Shown here piece by piece: positions 42,101 to 55,203 of a stretch of 64,000 bases of DNA. The first letter of the stretch is position 1. Every line of letters begins with the position of its first letter. This DNA is from Eledone cirrhosa (Eukaryota). Location: NCBI GenBank assembly GCA_964016885.1, contig OZ024740.1, positions 177,940,001 to 178,004,000 of the forward strand, given 5' to 3'. The notes under the pieces are model-generated. The model was not told the DNA's origin. It saw only the letters and a list, made by a program, of their open reading frames with translations, and did no database searches. Position numbers and translations under genes: made by a program.

Positions 42101-45100
42101 TTGCTTAGTACAATACAAAATAGCCTCATTATTCTTATAGGAAGATGGAAATTTAGACAAGTGAATTTTAATAAATTGTTGCTTCATACTTCAAAATAAT
42201 TGTTATACTTACCTGTCCTGTAATGTGGAAAACAATAATATATATGTGTTTAAAGTGCTTGTTTTCTAATTTCTGAGTACCAGGTAGACACAGACTGACA
42301 ACTCACATTTACATATATACATATATCTACCAACTTGTAATATTATAATATTATAAAATTAAATCAAATTGTTTAGAATTACAAGTGAAGTCACTCTTTT
42401 CCTTTTTTTCAAATATATATATATATATATATATAGGAGAGAGAGAGAGAGAGAGAGAGGCGGGGGAGAGAGAGGCGGAGGGAGAGAGAGGCGGGGGAGA
42501 GAGAAGCGGATGGAGAGAGAGGCAGGGGAGAGAGAGGCGGAGGGAGAGAGAGGCGGGGGAGAGAGAGGCGGAGGGAGAGAGAGGCGGGGGAGAGAGAGGC
42601 GGAGGGAGAGAGAGGGGAGGAGAGAGAAGTGGAGGGAGAGAGAGGTGGAGGGAGAGAGAGGCGGAGGGAGAGAGAGGGGAGGAGAGAGAAGTGGAGGTGG
42701 AGGGAGAGAGAGGGGAAGAGAGAGACGTGGAGGCGGAGGGAGAGAGAGGGGAAGAGAGAGAGGGGGAGGGGGAGAGAGGGGGAGGGGGAGAGAGGGGGGG
42801 AGAGGAGAGAGAGGAGGAGGGAGAGGGGGGGAGGGGGGGAGAGAGAGGAGGAGGGAGAGAGAGGCGGAGGGAGAGAGAGGGGGAGGAGGGAGGAAGAGAG
42901 AGAGATTGACTGGGATTTATGTTTCACTTTTAGAAGTTTATTCAACCATATGTATATCTGGTTAAATAATTTGCTAAAGGTAAAATTGAAAGTCCTACTG
43001 AGTATACTGAGTAAGAAAAATGTAACAGTTCTTACAAGTGGAGTTACTTGAGTTGTGTAAGAGACCATATAGAAGACAAGGTGGGTTCCAAGTTCTGATC
43101 CTTGACGACGTCCAGTTAGCACAAGTGTTGCATTTTTGGATTTCACAAATGTGTTATGGTATGTAATTGGTAACTGGACAGTTTGTTTGGCTGGGATGGC
43201 AATAGTTTTCCCTTTGGAGATGCTGAAGCGGGAGGCACTTTCCCCAAATATGGAAACTGAATAGTTTAGCACCTTCGCACTTGGATTACTAAGTTTAATC
43301 TACAAAATAAGTAGATAAGGAGAGACAAATGTATATTTATTTGTAGAACCTTTGCTAACAGGGAAAGTGGGCATTAAAACAATGATGATGATGATGATGA
43401 TGAGTATATTTACATTTAACACTAAACATCCCATAAGGATTTAGCTTGTAAGGGGTACAGAGGAGAGAGATTGGCCAGTAGCTTGCAGGATTGTCTGCTG
43501 TTTTCACAGGTTTCAGGATGGCGATGACCTTGACTTCTCTCCAGATCTCTGAGATAACTTCAGTTGAGTGGATGACTGTGAAGAAAGAAGTAAACCAATC
43601 TCGGGTATTTGGACTGAGGTTCTCAAGGAAATCAAAATAGATGCTGTTGATTCTTGCTACCTAGCTTGCTTTGGTAGATGATAGGCCTGTATCCATCTCA
43701 CTTATTATGTAAGGCCTAGCAAGTGGGATAATCTTCAGTGAGTATGAGTAGGCAGTTGAGAGATTCTTACAGATTTCTTGGTGTGCCTCCTTGGGTGAAG
43801 GTACTTTGGAGTTGAGGAGTAGGCATGATGCAGCTGCATTAGCACTTACTTTTGGTGGCTGGTGCTGAACAGGAGATGCTGCAGCTAGTTACATTAGTTA
43901 CTATCCACAGTATTCAGTGTACCATATACACTCATGTATAAGTTGTGCTTTTTTCCATGAAAATATGATATGAAAAGCCAGCACATAACTTATCTACTGG
44001 ATCTAAAATACATTCAATTCAAAATATATGGTGCATTGTAAGTATTGTATGTACAATGGAGGTGTGATTAACACTTGTTGATATATGGTACAAATCACAT
44101 AACCTTCAGAAAAAAAAATTAAAAAATAATATTCAGAATTGATAAAACAAATGGGATCACAGGAATGTTAGTAATGCTTACCATTTTAGTGATGGGTTCA
44201 TGTAACTTTCCTTTAAATTCCAATGTAGTTTTGGGGCAATATTGAGGCAAAATGTGGAAAAGAAAGGCACAGAAGAGTATCATGTTGATTGCATTTGGGT
44301 TTGCTATGTCTACAGGCTGTGGAAAGAATGAGAATAATAAAAATATATGTCTATTTCTATTACTATATATGTGTGTGTATGTGTGTGAGTATAAGTTGAG
44401 GTTTTTGAAAGAAGTCACTGTCAGAGAAGCAAGTTGATCATCTTGCAGCACCATCTCCAATGTGTGGGACATATGGTGAGAATGGAGGACTATAGGTTAT
44501 CCAAGCAACTCCTTTATGCTGAGCTCAGTGATAGCAAGTCTTCACCTCATAAACATAAGGTGCTGTTCAAGGACTACATGAACATATCTTTGATGAAAGC
44601 TAGCATCTCCAATGGAGAAGGGAACAAGTAGCCAATGATTGAATTCAGTGGAGGAAGCTCTATATGAATGGAAAGTAAACTTTGAAATGGCTCAAAGATA
44701 TAATGAATGGTTAAAAAGAGTTGCGAGGAAGGGCTTGTGTAACTGTGAGAAAATGTGGAAGACCAAAAAGAGCTGACATGCAATGAGTGTGGGAGAGCCT
44801 GCCTCAGCAAAGCTGGATTAAAAAGTTACAAAAGAATCCATGTACAAAAGGCTGATGCAGATTATGTTGGTGTGTATGGCATAACAAACAGCTATCAATG
44901 TGGTAAAGTCTGTCAATCGTCAGGAGATATGAAGCAGCACATGAAAGTACATGGCAATCAGTTATCAATTCCTGTCCATAACATAACATCTATGCCAGAA
45001 AATGTAAGACTCTTGCTGGCCTAAAACATCACATCCATGCTACACACACGCAGAAGTGTTTTTGAAAATTCAAGCCATGGCTATACTTGAGCATGAGATG

Positions 45101-48100
45101 GCTTCCATCATGTATATATGTATATAGATATTTATTACACTAACTGTGCTATCATTTTAGATACACATGTCATAAATCATCAGCCTGTATTAACAGTTTT
45201 GGGTGAGGAGGAGGAAAGTGATGGTGATGACAATGATGATAGTGAGTGATGATAATTTCTAAACATATTGCCATATATCCTACCTGAATATTGTACTCAA
45301 TACCAAGAGAACGTAGAGTGCTGACTACCTGCATTGCATTGTGAAAGTATTGCTCCTTTTGGTTTGGAGCTGTGTACACTTTACCAATATAGTTTGGAAC
45401 CTGCAAAGAAAATCATTTCAAGATATAACAATATGATTTGTAGCTAGTAAATATTGATGGGTGCAGTAGAAGGGTGGTCTTGGGGTTAAAATATATCTAA
45501 CTCATGCTAGCGTGGAAAGTGGACGTTAAACGAAGATGATGATGATGATGATGATGATAGATGCACGACAGGAAAGGTTCTGAGGTTAAAATATTAACCG
45601 TGCTTCTGCACTGGTCACCATCAGAATATATAGTACATAATAAGAGTCTTTATTTAGTTCTTCAACCTGCTAAAAATGGGAGCAAAATCTACCAGAACTC
45701 ACTCCACGGGAGGGTTTGAACATAGAACAGAAAAAGCAGGAAGAAATACAGCAATAGTCCGAGACTAACAATTCCCCATGGCCACATCTCTAGATTGGTA
45801 CTTCTTTTATTGAACTGAAAAGGATAAAGTGTAATGTTAACCATGGCAGCATTTGAACTTAGAACACAAAAACCCAGAATAAGTATTACAAGGTATTTCA
45901 TCTGGTGTGCTAACTCTTCTGCCACTTATTCAATACTTATTGTGAGCATGTTTTCCTAGAATCTTTTACATGCCTAGTTCTAGATCCATATTAAAGAGAT
46001 TGTCAAGATAAATGTAGTTATTGTATCAATCAGATTAATTTACTTATGTTAGAAGTTACATAATTTTGACTGAAAACTTCCATAAATTAAAATCTGGTGA
46101 TAAACAATTTAAAATTGATAAAATACATGAAAATAAATAACTAAAGATACATTACCATAAAAGGCAAGTATGTGCCAAGCAGACATGCAAAGACCAAGCC
46201 ATCTTTCAAATCGAGGTCAAAGTTTACAATCCAACGAGAAGAAGGTGCTGTAGCTACAAAAAAATATAGAAAAATTCAGTTATGTGAGGTATGACTTCAT
46301 TTTTGTGTCTGTTTTTTTTCATGCAAACATGAGCTGGGCAGGACATTTTGGTAAAGTGTTTTCTGGTTGGATATCTTCCCTTACATAAATACTCTTAGTA
46401 GATTTTTACATCAGCCATCAGTCTGTCAGTCCATTAACCCAGCTACCCACCTGACCATCAGTCCACTTGCCTGCTCACCTGTCCAGTGAGGTGGTGAAGG
46501 AAATATATTTGGTTATGTGGGTGTCCATTTTCTAATTTCTTAGTACAAGATACATATATATATACATGTATATATGGAAAGTTATATTTAAATTGTTGGG
46601 TTACAACTAGTAAATATTTATAACTGATATAAAAGCACTCAACAAGTATTTGGAGTATATTTACGATATTAAATAAATGGAAACTATATTTATAAAACCA
46701 TATTTATTTCATCATATATATTTCAGGGATATCATATTAACAATATGTTATGCCTTCCTCAGACAAAATACAATATAGACAGTTTTATAGATAAATAGAT
46801 TTGACATACCGATTTGACATACTGCCAAATCAACTTTTTCAAATACAGGTCGATGTTGAACGGTATGTCAAATCTATTTATCTATAAAACTGTCTATATT
46901 GTATTTTGTCTGAGGAAGGCATAACATATTGTTAATATGATATCCCTGAAATATATATGATGAAATAAATATGGTTTTATAAATATAGTTTCCATTTATT
47001 TAATATCGTATACATGTATATATATATATACATGTATATCATCATCATCATCATCATCATCATTTTACGTCCGCTTTTCCCTGCTTGCAAGGGTGGGACG
47101 GGTCTTATTCAGCACAGCATCTCCCCACTCGTTACGGTCCCTCGTCATCTCCACCGTGAGCTTCAATGATCTGAGGTCTGTTCTCACCACCTCCACCCAT
47201 GTTTTTCGTGGTCTACCTCTACCACGTCTTCCTTCAACTGGCATTTCCTGGCACATCTTCACCCATCGGTCATCCTCCATGCGCATCACATGTCCATACC
47301 ACCTCAGTCTCCTCTCCCGTACACTATATTCTATCCCTCTCAGACACAGTTTCTCTCTCAACACATTTATGCTGGGTCGTTCACGCACATTTACACTGCA
47401 CATCCAACGGAGCATGCTTGCCTCATTTCTCTCCAGCCGTCGCATATCCTCTGCGGTTGCTGCCCATGTCTCACTACCATGCAGCATTGCGCTCCTCACA
47501 CAGGCATCATACAACCGGCCTTTCGTACGCAGGGAGAAACCCTTCTTCGTCAACAGAGGAAGCAGCTCTCTAAACTTCTTCCAACCCATCCTTATTCTAG
47601 ATACTATGGCCTCGGTATGTATATGGTGGTGGAACAGTAGGGTGGAGGGGTCAATTAAGGCCAAAAAGCAGGCTTGGAAAGTATGGCGGGATGGGGGAAG
47701 CAGAGAAGACTATCAAGTGGCCAGGAGGGAGGCTAGGAGACAAGTGTACTTTGCAAGAAGGGAATTAGAGGAAAGAAAATTCAAGCATGTTCTACAACGC
47801 GAGGACCAAAAACGTGAGGTGTTCAGGATTGCTAGGCAATGTGTCAAGGAAAACCGTGATATTGTCGAGGAGAAGTGTGTACTTAATGATGATGGCGTAC
47901 TTGCCATCACCGACACTGATAAGAAGGTGGCTTGGAAGTGTCACTATGAAAGGCTACTAAATGAGGAGAATAAATGGGAGAAAGACAGTCTCCCCCACAT
48001 CGACCCAATAGAGGGACTAGCAGTGTTAGTCGAGGGTAGTATAATAAGTAAGGCAATCAAGGATATGAAGACGGGTAAGGCGGCTGGGCCTTCGGAAATA

Positions 48101-50061
48101 GTTGCTGAGATGCTGAAGGCATCTGGCTCGGTGGGACACACCTTGGTCACCCGGATAGTTAACCAAGTCGTACAGAATGGGGTTGTTCCGAAGGACTGGC
48201 ATAGCAGCATCATCGTTAACTGTTATAAGGGTAAAGGAGATGCCCTAGATAGGAGTAACTATAGAGGCATTAAACTAATCGACCAGGTCATGAAGGTCAC
48301 GGAAAAAGTAATAGCGCAACTAATCAGAGAGAGAATTGACCTAGATGAAATGCAGTTCGGGCTTGTGTCAGGCAAAAGTACCACAGACGCTCTTTTCATT
48401 GTACGTCAACTACAGGAGAAGTACCTAGCTAAAGGTAAACCCCTCTACTTAGCTTTTGTCGACTTGGAGAAAGCCTTCGACAGAGTCCCCTGTTCCATTA
48501 TCTGGTGGGCCCTTAGAAAACTAGGTGTCGACGAATGGCTTGTGAGAGCTATACAAGCCATGTATAAAGAAACAGTCAGCAAGGTTAGAATTAACAACGA
48601 ATATAGTGAAGAGTTTAGCGTAAAAGTTGGCGTCCATCAGGGCTCTGTTCTCAGCCCCCTACTATTTATTATTGCCCTTCAGGCTATAACAGAGGAGTTC
48701 AAGACCGGCTGCCCATGGGAACTCCTATACGCAGACGACCTGACACTCATAGCTGAATCAATGGCCGAGCTAGAGAAGAAATTCCAAACATGGAAGCACG
48801 GCATAGAATCAAAAGGCCTTAAAATTAACCTGGCTAAGACTAAAGTTCTAGTTTGTAGGAAAGAAAATAAGGCGGCGGTCCCTTCCGGGAAATGGCCATG
48901 CTCAGTGTGTAGGAAAGGCGTAGGTAGAAACTCCATTTTATGTCCCAAATGCAAAGTATGGGTGCATAACAGATGTAGTGGGATCACAGGTAAGCTAACT
49001 AAGAACTTAGATTTTACATGTGGGCGGTGCTCTGGTGCAATAAGTAGCAGCGAGTGCCCACAAAATACTAACTCTTTCAATTGCGCAGAGGGCTCTATAG
49101 AAATAGTGGACAGCTTCCGTTACCTGGGTGACAAAATCAGCACTGGGGGAGGGTGCTCCGAAAGTACAGTAGCTAGAGTCAGAACTGGATGCAAAAAGTT
49201 CAGAGAGCTTATACCACTATTAGCCGCTAAAGGGTTCTCCCTAAAATGAAAAACAGGTTGTATGATGCCTGCATACGAACAGCAATGTTGCATGGCAGCG
49301 AGACCTGGGCATTGTGCGCAGAGGATATACGCAGACTAGAGAGGAACGAAGCTTGCATGCTCCGCTGGATGTGTAATAGTAATATACGTGAACGGCAAAG
49401 CATAAACGAACTAAGGAAAAAATTAGAAATAAGAGGGATCAGATGTTGTTTACTCGAGAGAAGACTACGTTGGTACGGACACGTGATGCACATGAAAGTC
49501 GATAGCTGTATAACAAAGTGCAGGGCAATAAAGATAGACGGTAGCCACGGAATAGGCAGACCTAGAAAATCCTGGGACGAGCTGATAAACTCCGACCTCA
49601 CACACTTACACCTCTCCAAGACAATGTCACTGGACCGAGACCTTTGGCGGTACTCAGTAATAGAGAAGACCCGCCTTACCTAAATACATAGTAAAATCCT
49701 ACTACAGCCAGTAGGCATCTCTAACAAAATACACCCCCGTCCCACCACCCACACCCCCATCCACACCACCCCCTCCTATGTAAAGTTACGTTGGTACCAC
49801 AACATCCAGGCCGAAACAAATGAGATCGTGTAGGTGTCACGACAAAAAAACACACAGTCCACGCTGTAATGTGGCCGTGTAGGCAACACGGTAAAAACCT
49901 CCCAGTCCCACACTGTAAATGTGGTTGGTGTTAGGAAGGGCATCCAACTGTAGAAACCTGCCAGACAGTCCTATGCGAGCAAGACAATCACTCTTGCCTC
50001 AAGTGGGACTACCCCCGTCCAAACCCATGCAAGCGTGGAACACGGACGTTAAACGTTGATG

Positions 50062-50117
<56 letters not shown>

Positions 50118-50119
50118 CA

Positions 50120-50155
<36 letters not shown>

Positions 50156-53100
50156 CATGTATCATCATCATCATCAACGTTTAACGTCCGTGTTCCACGC
50201 TTGCATGGGTTTGGACGGGGGTAGTCCCACTTGAGGCAAGAGTGATTGTCTTGCTTGCATAGGACTGTCTGGCAGGTTTTCTACAGTTGGATGCCCTTCC
50301 TAACACCAACCACATTTACAGTGTGGGTCTGGGAGGTTTCTACCATGTTGCCTACACGGCCACATTACAGCGTGGACTGTGTGTTTTTTTGTCGTTACAC
50401 CTACACGATCTCATTTGTTTCGGCCTGGATGGTGTGGCACCAACATAACTTTACATAGAAGGGGGCGGTGTGGATGGGTTGGGGGTGGTGGGACGGGGGT
50501 GTATTTTGTTAGAGATGCCTACTGACTGTAGTAGGTTTTACTTTGTATTTAGGTAAGGCGGGTCTTCTCTATTACTGAGTGCCGCCAAAGGTCTCGGTCC
50601 AGTGACATTGTCTTGGTGAGGTGTAAGTGTGTGAGGTCGGAGTTTATCAGCTCGTCCCAGGTTTTTCTGGGTCTGCCTATTCCGTGGCTACCGTCTATCT
50701 TTATTGCCCTGCACTTTGTTATACAGCTATCGTCCTTCATGCGCATCACGTGACCATACCAACGTAGCCTTCTCTCTAGTAAACAACATCTGATCCCTCT
50801 TATTTCTAATTTTTTCCTTAGTTCATTTATGCTTTGTCGTTCACGTATATTACTATTACACATCCAGCGGAGCATGCAAGCTTCGTTTCTCTCTAGTCTG
50901 CGTATATCCTCTGCACACAATGCCCAGGTCTCACTGCCATGCAACATTGCTGTTCGTATGCAGGCATCGTACAGCCTGCCTTTCATTTTTAGGGAGAACC
51001 CTTTAGCGGCTAATAGTGGTATAAGCTCTCTGAACTTTTTCCACCCAGTTCTGACTCTAGCTACTGTACTTTCAGAGCACCCTCCCCCACTGCTGATTTT
51101 GTCACCCAGGTAACGGAAGCTGTCCACTATTTCTATAGAACCCTCTGCGCAGTTGAAAGAGCTAGTATTTTGTGGGCACTTGCTGCTACTTATTGCCCCA
51201 GAACACCGGCCACATGTAAAAATCTATGTTCTTAGTTAGCTTACCTGTGATCCCACTACATCTTTTATGCACCCAAACTTTGCATTTGGGACACAAAATG
51301 GAATTTCTACCTACGCCTTTCCTACACTCTGCGCATGGCCACTTCCCGGAGGGGACCGCCGCCTTATTTTCTTTCTTACAAACTAGAACTTTAGTCTTAG
51401 CCAGGTTAATTTTAAGGCCTTTTGATTCTAGGCCGTGCTTCCATGTTTGGAATTTCTTCTCTAGCTCGGCCATTGATTCAGCCATGAGCGTTAGATCATC
51501 TGCGTATAGGAGTTCCCATGGGCAGCCGGTCTTGAACTCCACTGTTATAGCCTGGAGGGCAATAATAAATAGTAGGGGGCTAAGAACAGAGCCCTGATGA
51601 ACGCCAACTTTTACACTAAACTTTTCACTATATTCGTTGTTAATTCTAACCTTGTTGACTGTTTCTTTATACATGGCTTGTATAGCTCTCACAAGCCATT
51701 CATCAACACCTAGTTTTCTAAGAGCCCACCAGATAATGGAACGGGGGACTCTGTCGAAGACCTTCTCCAAGTCGACGAAAGCTAAGTATAGGGGTTTACT
51801 TTTAGCTAGGTACTTCTCCTGTAGTTGTCGTACAATGAAAAGAGCGTCTGTGGTACTTTTTCCTCACACAAACCCGAACTGCATTTCATCTAGATCAATT
51901 CTCTCTCTGATTAGTTGTGCTATTACTTTTTCCGTGACCTTCATGACCTGGTCGATTAATTTTATGCCTCTATAGTTACTCCTATCTAGGGCATCTCCTT
52001 TACCCTTATAACAGTTAACGATAATGCTGCTACGCCAGTCCTTCGGAACAACCCCATTCTGTATGACTTGGTTGACTATCCGGGTGACCATGGTGTGTCC
52101 CACCGTACCAGATGCCTTCAGCATCTCGGCAACTATTTCCGAAGGCCCAGCCGCCTTGCCTGTCTTCATATCTTTGATTGCCTTACTTATTATACTACCC
52201 TCCACTAACACTGCTGGTCCCTCTATTGGGTCTATGTGGGGGAGACTGTCTTTCTCCCATTTATTCTCCTCATTTAGTAGCCTTTCATAGTGACACTTCC
52301 AAGCTACCTTCTTATCGGCGTCGGTGATGGCAAGTACGCCGTCATCGTTAAGTACACACTTCTCCTCGACAATATCACTGTTTTCCTTGACACATTGCCT
52401 AGCAATCCTGAACACCTCACGTTTTTGGTCCTCACGTTGTAGAACATGCTTGAACTTTCTTTCCTCTGCTTCCCTTCTTGCGAAGTACACTTGTCTCCTA
52501 GCCTCCCTCCTGGCCACTTGATAGTCTTCTCTGCTTCCCCCATCCCGCCATACTTTCCAAGCCTGCTTTTTGGCCTTAATTGACCCCTCCACCTTACTGT
52601 TCCACCACCATGTTACTCTCCTCCTGCCTACAGGCCTGCTCCAGCCACAGACTTCGTCTGCCGCCGTCAGCAGGTTTGCTTTCAGGAATTCCCACTGTTC
52701 CTCTACCTTGTACGTCTCTAATTGCTCTTCCTCACTGTCGAAAGCATCAAGTAATATGCTTTGGAATTTATTTTTTGCTGTGGGGTCCTTTAGCTTCCAT
52801 ATTTTTCTCCTGAGGATAGTCCTCTTCTGTTGTCTAGTACGTTTCGTCCTGACTATTAGGTCGCTAATTATCAGTCTATGTTGGGAAGTGCATTCTTCAT
52901 GGGGGAGGGATTTAGTGTTTACGACAGTCACTTTGTCACGTCTTCTGGTCAGGATATAATCTACCTGGCTAGTATGTTCCCCTGATCTGTAGGTGATCAA
53001 GTGATTGTCTCGTTTTTTGAAGTTAGTGTTGCAGATAGTTAGGTTATTTGCGTCGCAGAATTCCAGGATTCTGGAGCCTTCCTCATTTCTAGTACCAAAC

Positions 53101-54170
53101 CCATAGCCTCCATGGATTTCGTCGTAGCCGTCACAATGTTGTCCAACGTGACCGTTTAGGTCGCCTGCAATAATTATATGGTCACTGTCAGTTATTTGGG
53201 AGGTAGTGAGCATCAGTGTCTCATAGAATCTGTCTTTTATAGTGCTGGGCAGTCCGGATTGGGGTGCGTACGCGGATATTACTGTCACCGTAGTTCTATT
53301 GAGGACAAGTCTTATTTTAATTATTCTGTCGTTCACTCTATTTACGTCTATTATCTTATCTGCCCACTTTTCTGCTACCATGATTCCTACTCCACCCAGC
53401 CCATTGTCGTTTCCCACCCAGAAAAGCTTATAGCATCGTTTTCTACCCACAATGTATCTAGCAGATCCACCCCTCCACCTGGACTCTTGAATACAACAAA
53501 CATCGACCTCCTTACGTTCAAGCATTTCTACAACCTCGTTAGAGTGACCCTTTAAGGTGCCTACATTCAAGGTACCAAATCTGAAGTTTTGGATTGCGTT
53601 TGGGGGGTTGGAAAGGTGGGGAGCGGGGGGAGATGGGGTTATGTTAGCCATCCGTGGCCGAAACAAAGAGGCATGCTCGCATTCTCGTCCACGAGGTGTG
53701 ATTGTCTTTAACTTTGGCATTGTCGCTGAGCGTCCAGATTTTTCTCTCTTCAACTCTCCGGAACTCCGTAGTCCTTCCATTCTACGTATCGAAGGCGACC
53801 AGGTAAGCGATAGTATAGGCCTCTGGCTTGTGATTGGTCCACATAATAATGGTGGTGTGCGGGGGCGGGAGGGAGGGGTGTTGAGTTGTTAGCGAGAAGG
53901 ATAGGTTTAAGTGAGAACCCCGTATTAACGAACAAAAATACAAGATTTGTTTAGTAAAATACGCCAAAAACTTCCGTATTTTTACAAGCATGACAGAAAT
54001 ACAAGAGATTTGTTTTGGAAAATACATGGGGAATGGAAAGAGGATAGAAAAAATGCTGTTGGAAGGACTAAAAATGCTGTAGCAAAGGACTATGGAGTTA
54101 GGTGTATGTTGGAAGAGGTAGAAAAATGAGTACATTACATTATAACCATGAATGAATGATGTTCAACCAC

Positions 54171-54203
<33 letters not shown>

Positions 54204-54349
54204 CATATACATATATATATATACATACATATATATATACATATACATATACATATACATATATATACATATATATATATACATATATACATATATATAT
54301 ACATCATCATCATTTTACATCCGCTTTTCCCTGATTGTAAGGGTGGGAC

Positions 54350-54416
<67 letters not shown>

Positions 54417-55169
54417 TATACATATATATACATATATATATATACATCATCATCATTTAACGTCTATCTTCCACACTAGCATGGGTTTAGACGAGAATTG
54501 TCCCACTTGAGGCAAGATTGGTCATCTTGCTCGTATAGGACTGTCTGGCAGGTTTTCTATGGCTGGATGCCGTTCCTAACACCAACCACATTTACAGTGT
54601 TACCTACACGGCCACATTACAGCATGGACTGTGTGTTTTTTTTGTCGTGACACCTACACGACCTCATTTATTTATGACTGGATGTACCAACATAACTTAA
54701 CAGAGAAAGGGGTGGTGTAGATGGGGTGGGGGTAGGAGTAGTGGGATGGGGGTGTATTTTTGTTAGAGGTGCCTACTGACTGTAGGTTTCGCTTTGTACT
54801 TAGGCAAAGCGGGTCTTCTGTATTACTGTGTAGCGCCAAAGATCTCAATCCAGTGACATTGTCTTGGAGAGGTGTAAGTGTGTGAGGTCGGAATTTATCA
54901 AGTCGTCCCAGGTTTTTCTGGGTCTGCCTACTCCGTGGCTACCATCTATTTTTATCGCCCTGCACTTTTTTATACAGCTGTCGTCTTTCATGCGCATCAC
55001 ATGACCATACCAACGTAGGCTTCCCTCGAGTAAACAACATCTGATCCCTCTTATTCCTAATTTCTCACTTAGTTCATTTATGCTTTGCCGTTCACGTATA
55101 TTACTATTACACATCCAACGGAGCATGCAAGCTTCGTTCCTCTCCAGTCTGCGTATATAATAGACATAC

Positions 55170-55203
<34 letters not shown>

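Noticed and set aside
42369-43051. Arg/Glu/Gly-rich ORFs and the Leu/Ser/Pro tail of ORF 42409-43272
   Set aside because: These are translations of the GA repeat; only 43036-43299 is exonic.
44755-45024. Host C2H2 zinc-finger exon
   Set aside because: Contiguous with an RTE C-terminal coding remnant and tail, and antisense to the host gene.
47093-49249. 718-aa ORF as a novel RT fusion protein
   Set aside because: The first ~175 codons are the antisense of an RTE-B fragment that happens to be in frame with the adjacent truncated RTE-A; it starts at GTG with no sign of a real start.
54140-54479. Ile/Tyr/His-rich ORFs
   Set aside because: Translations of the TA microsatellite.
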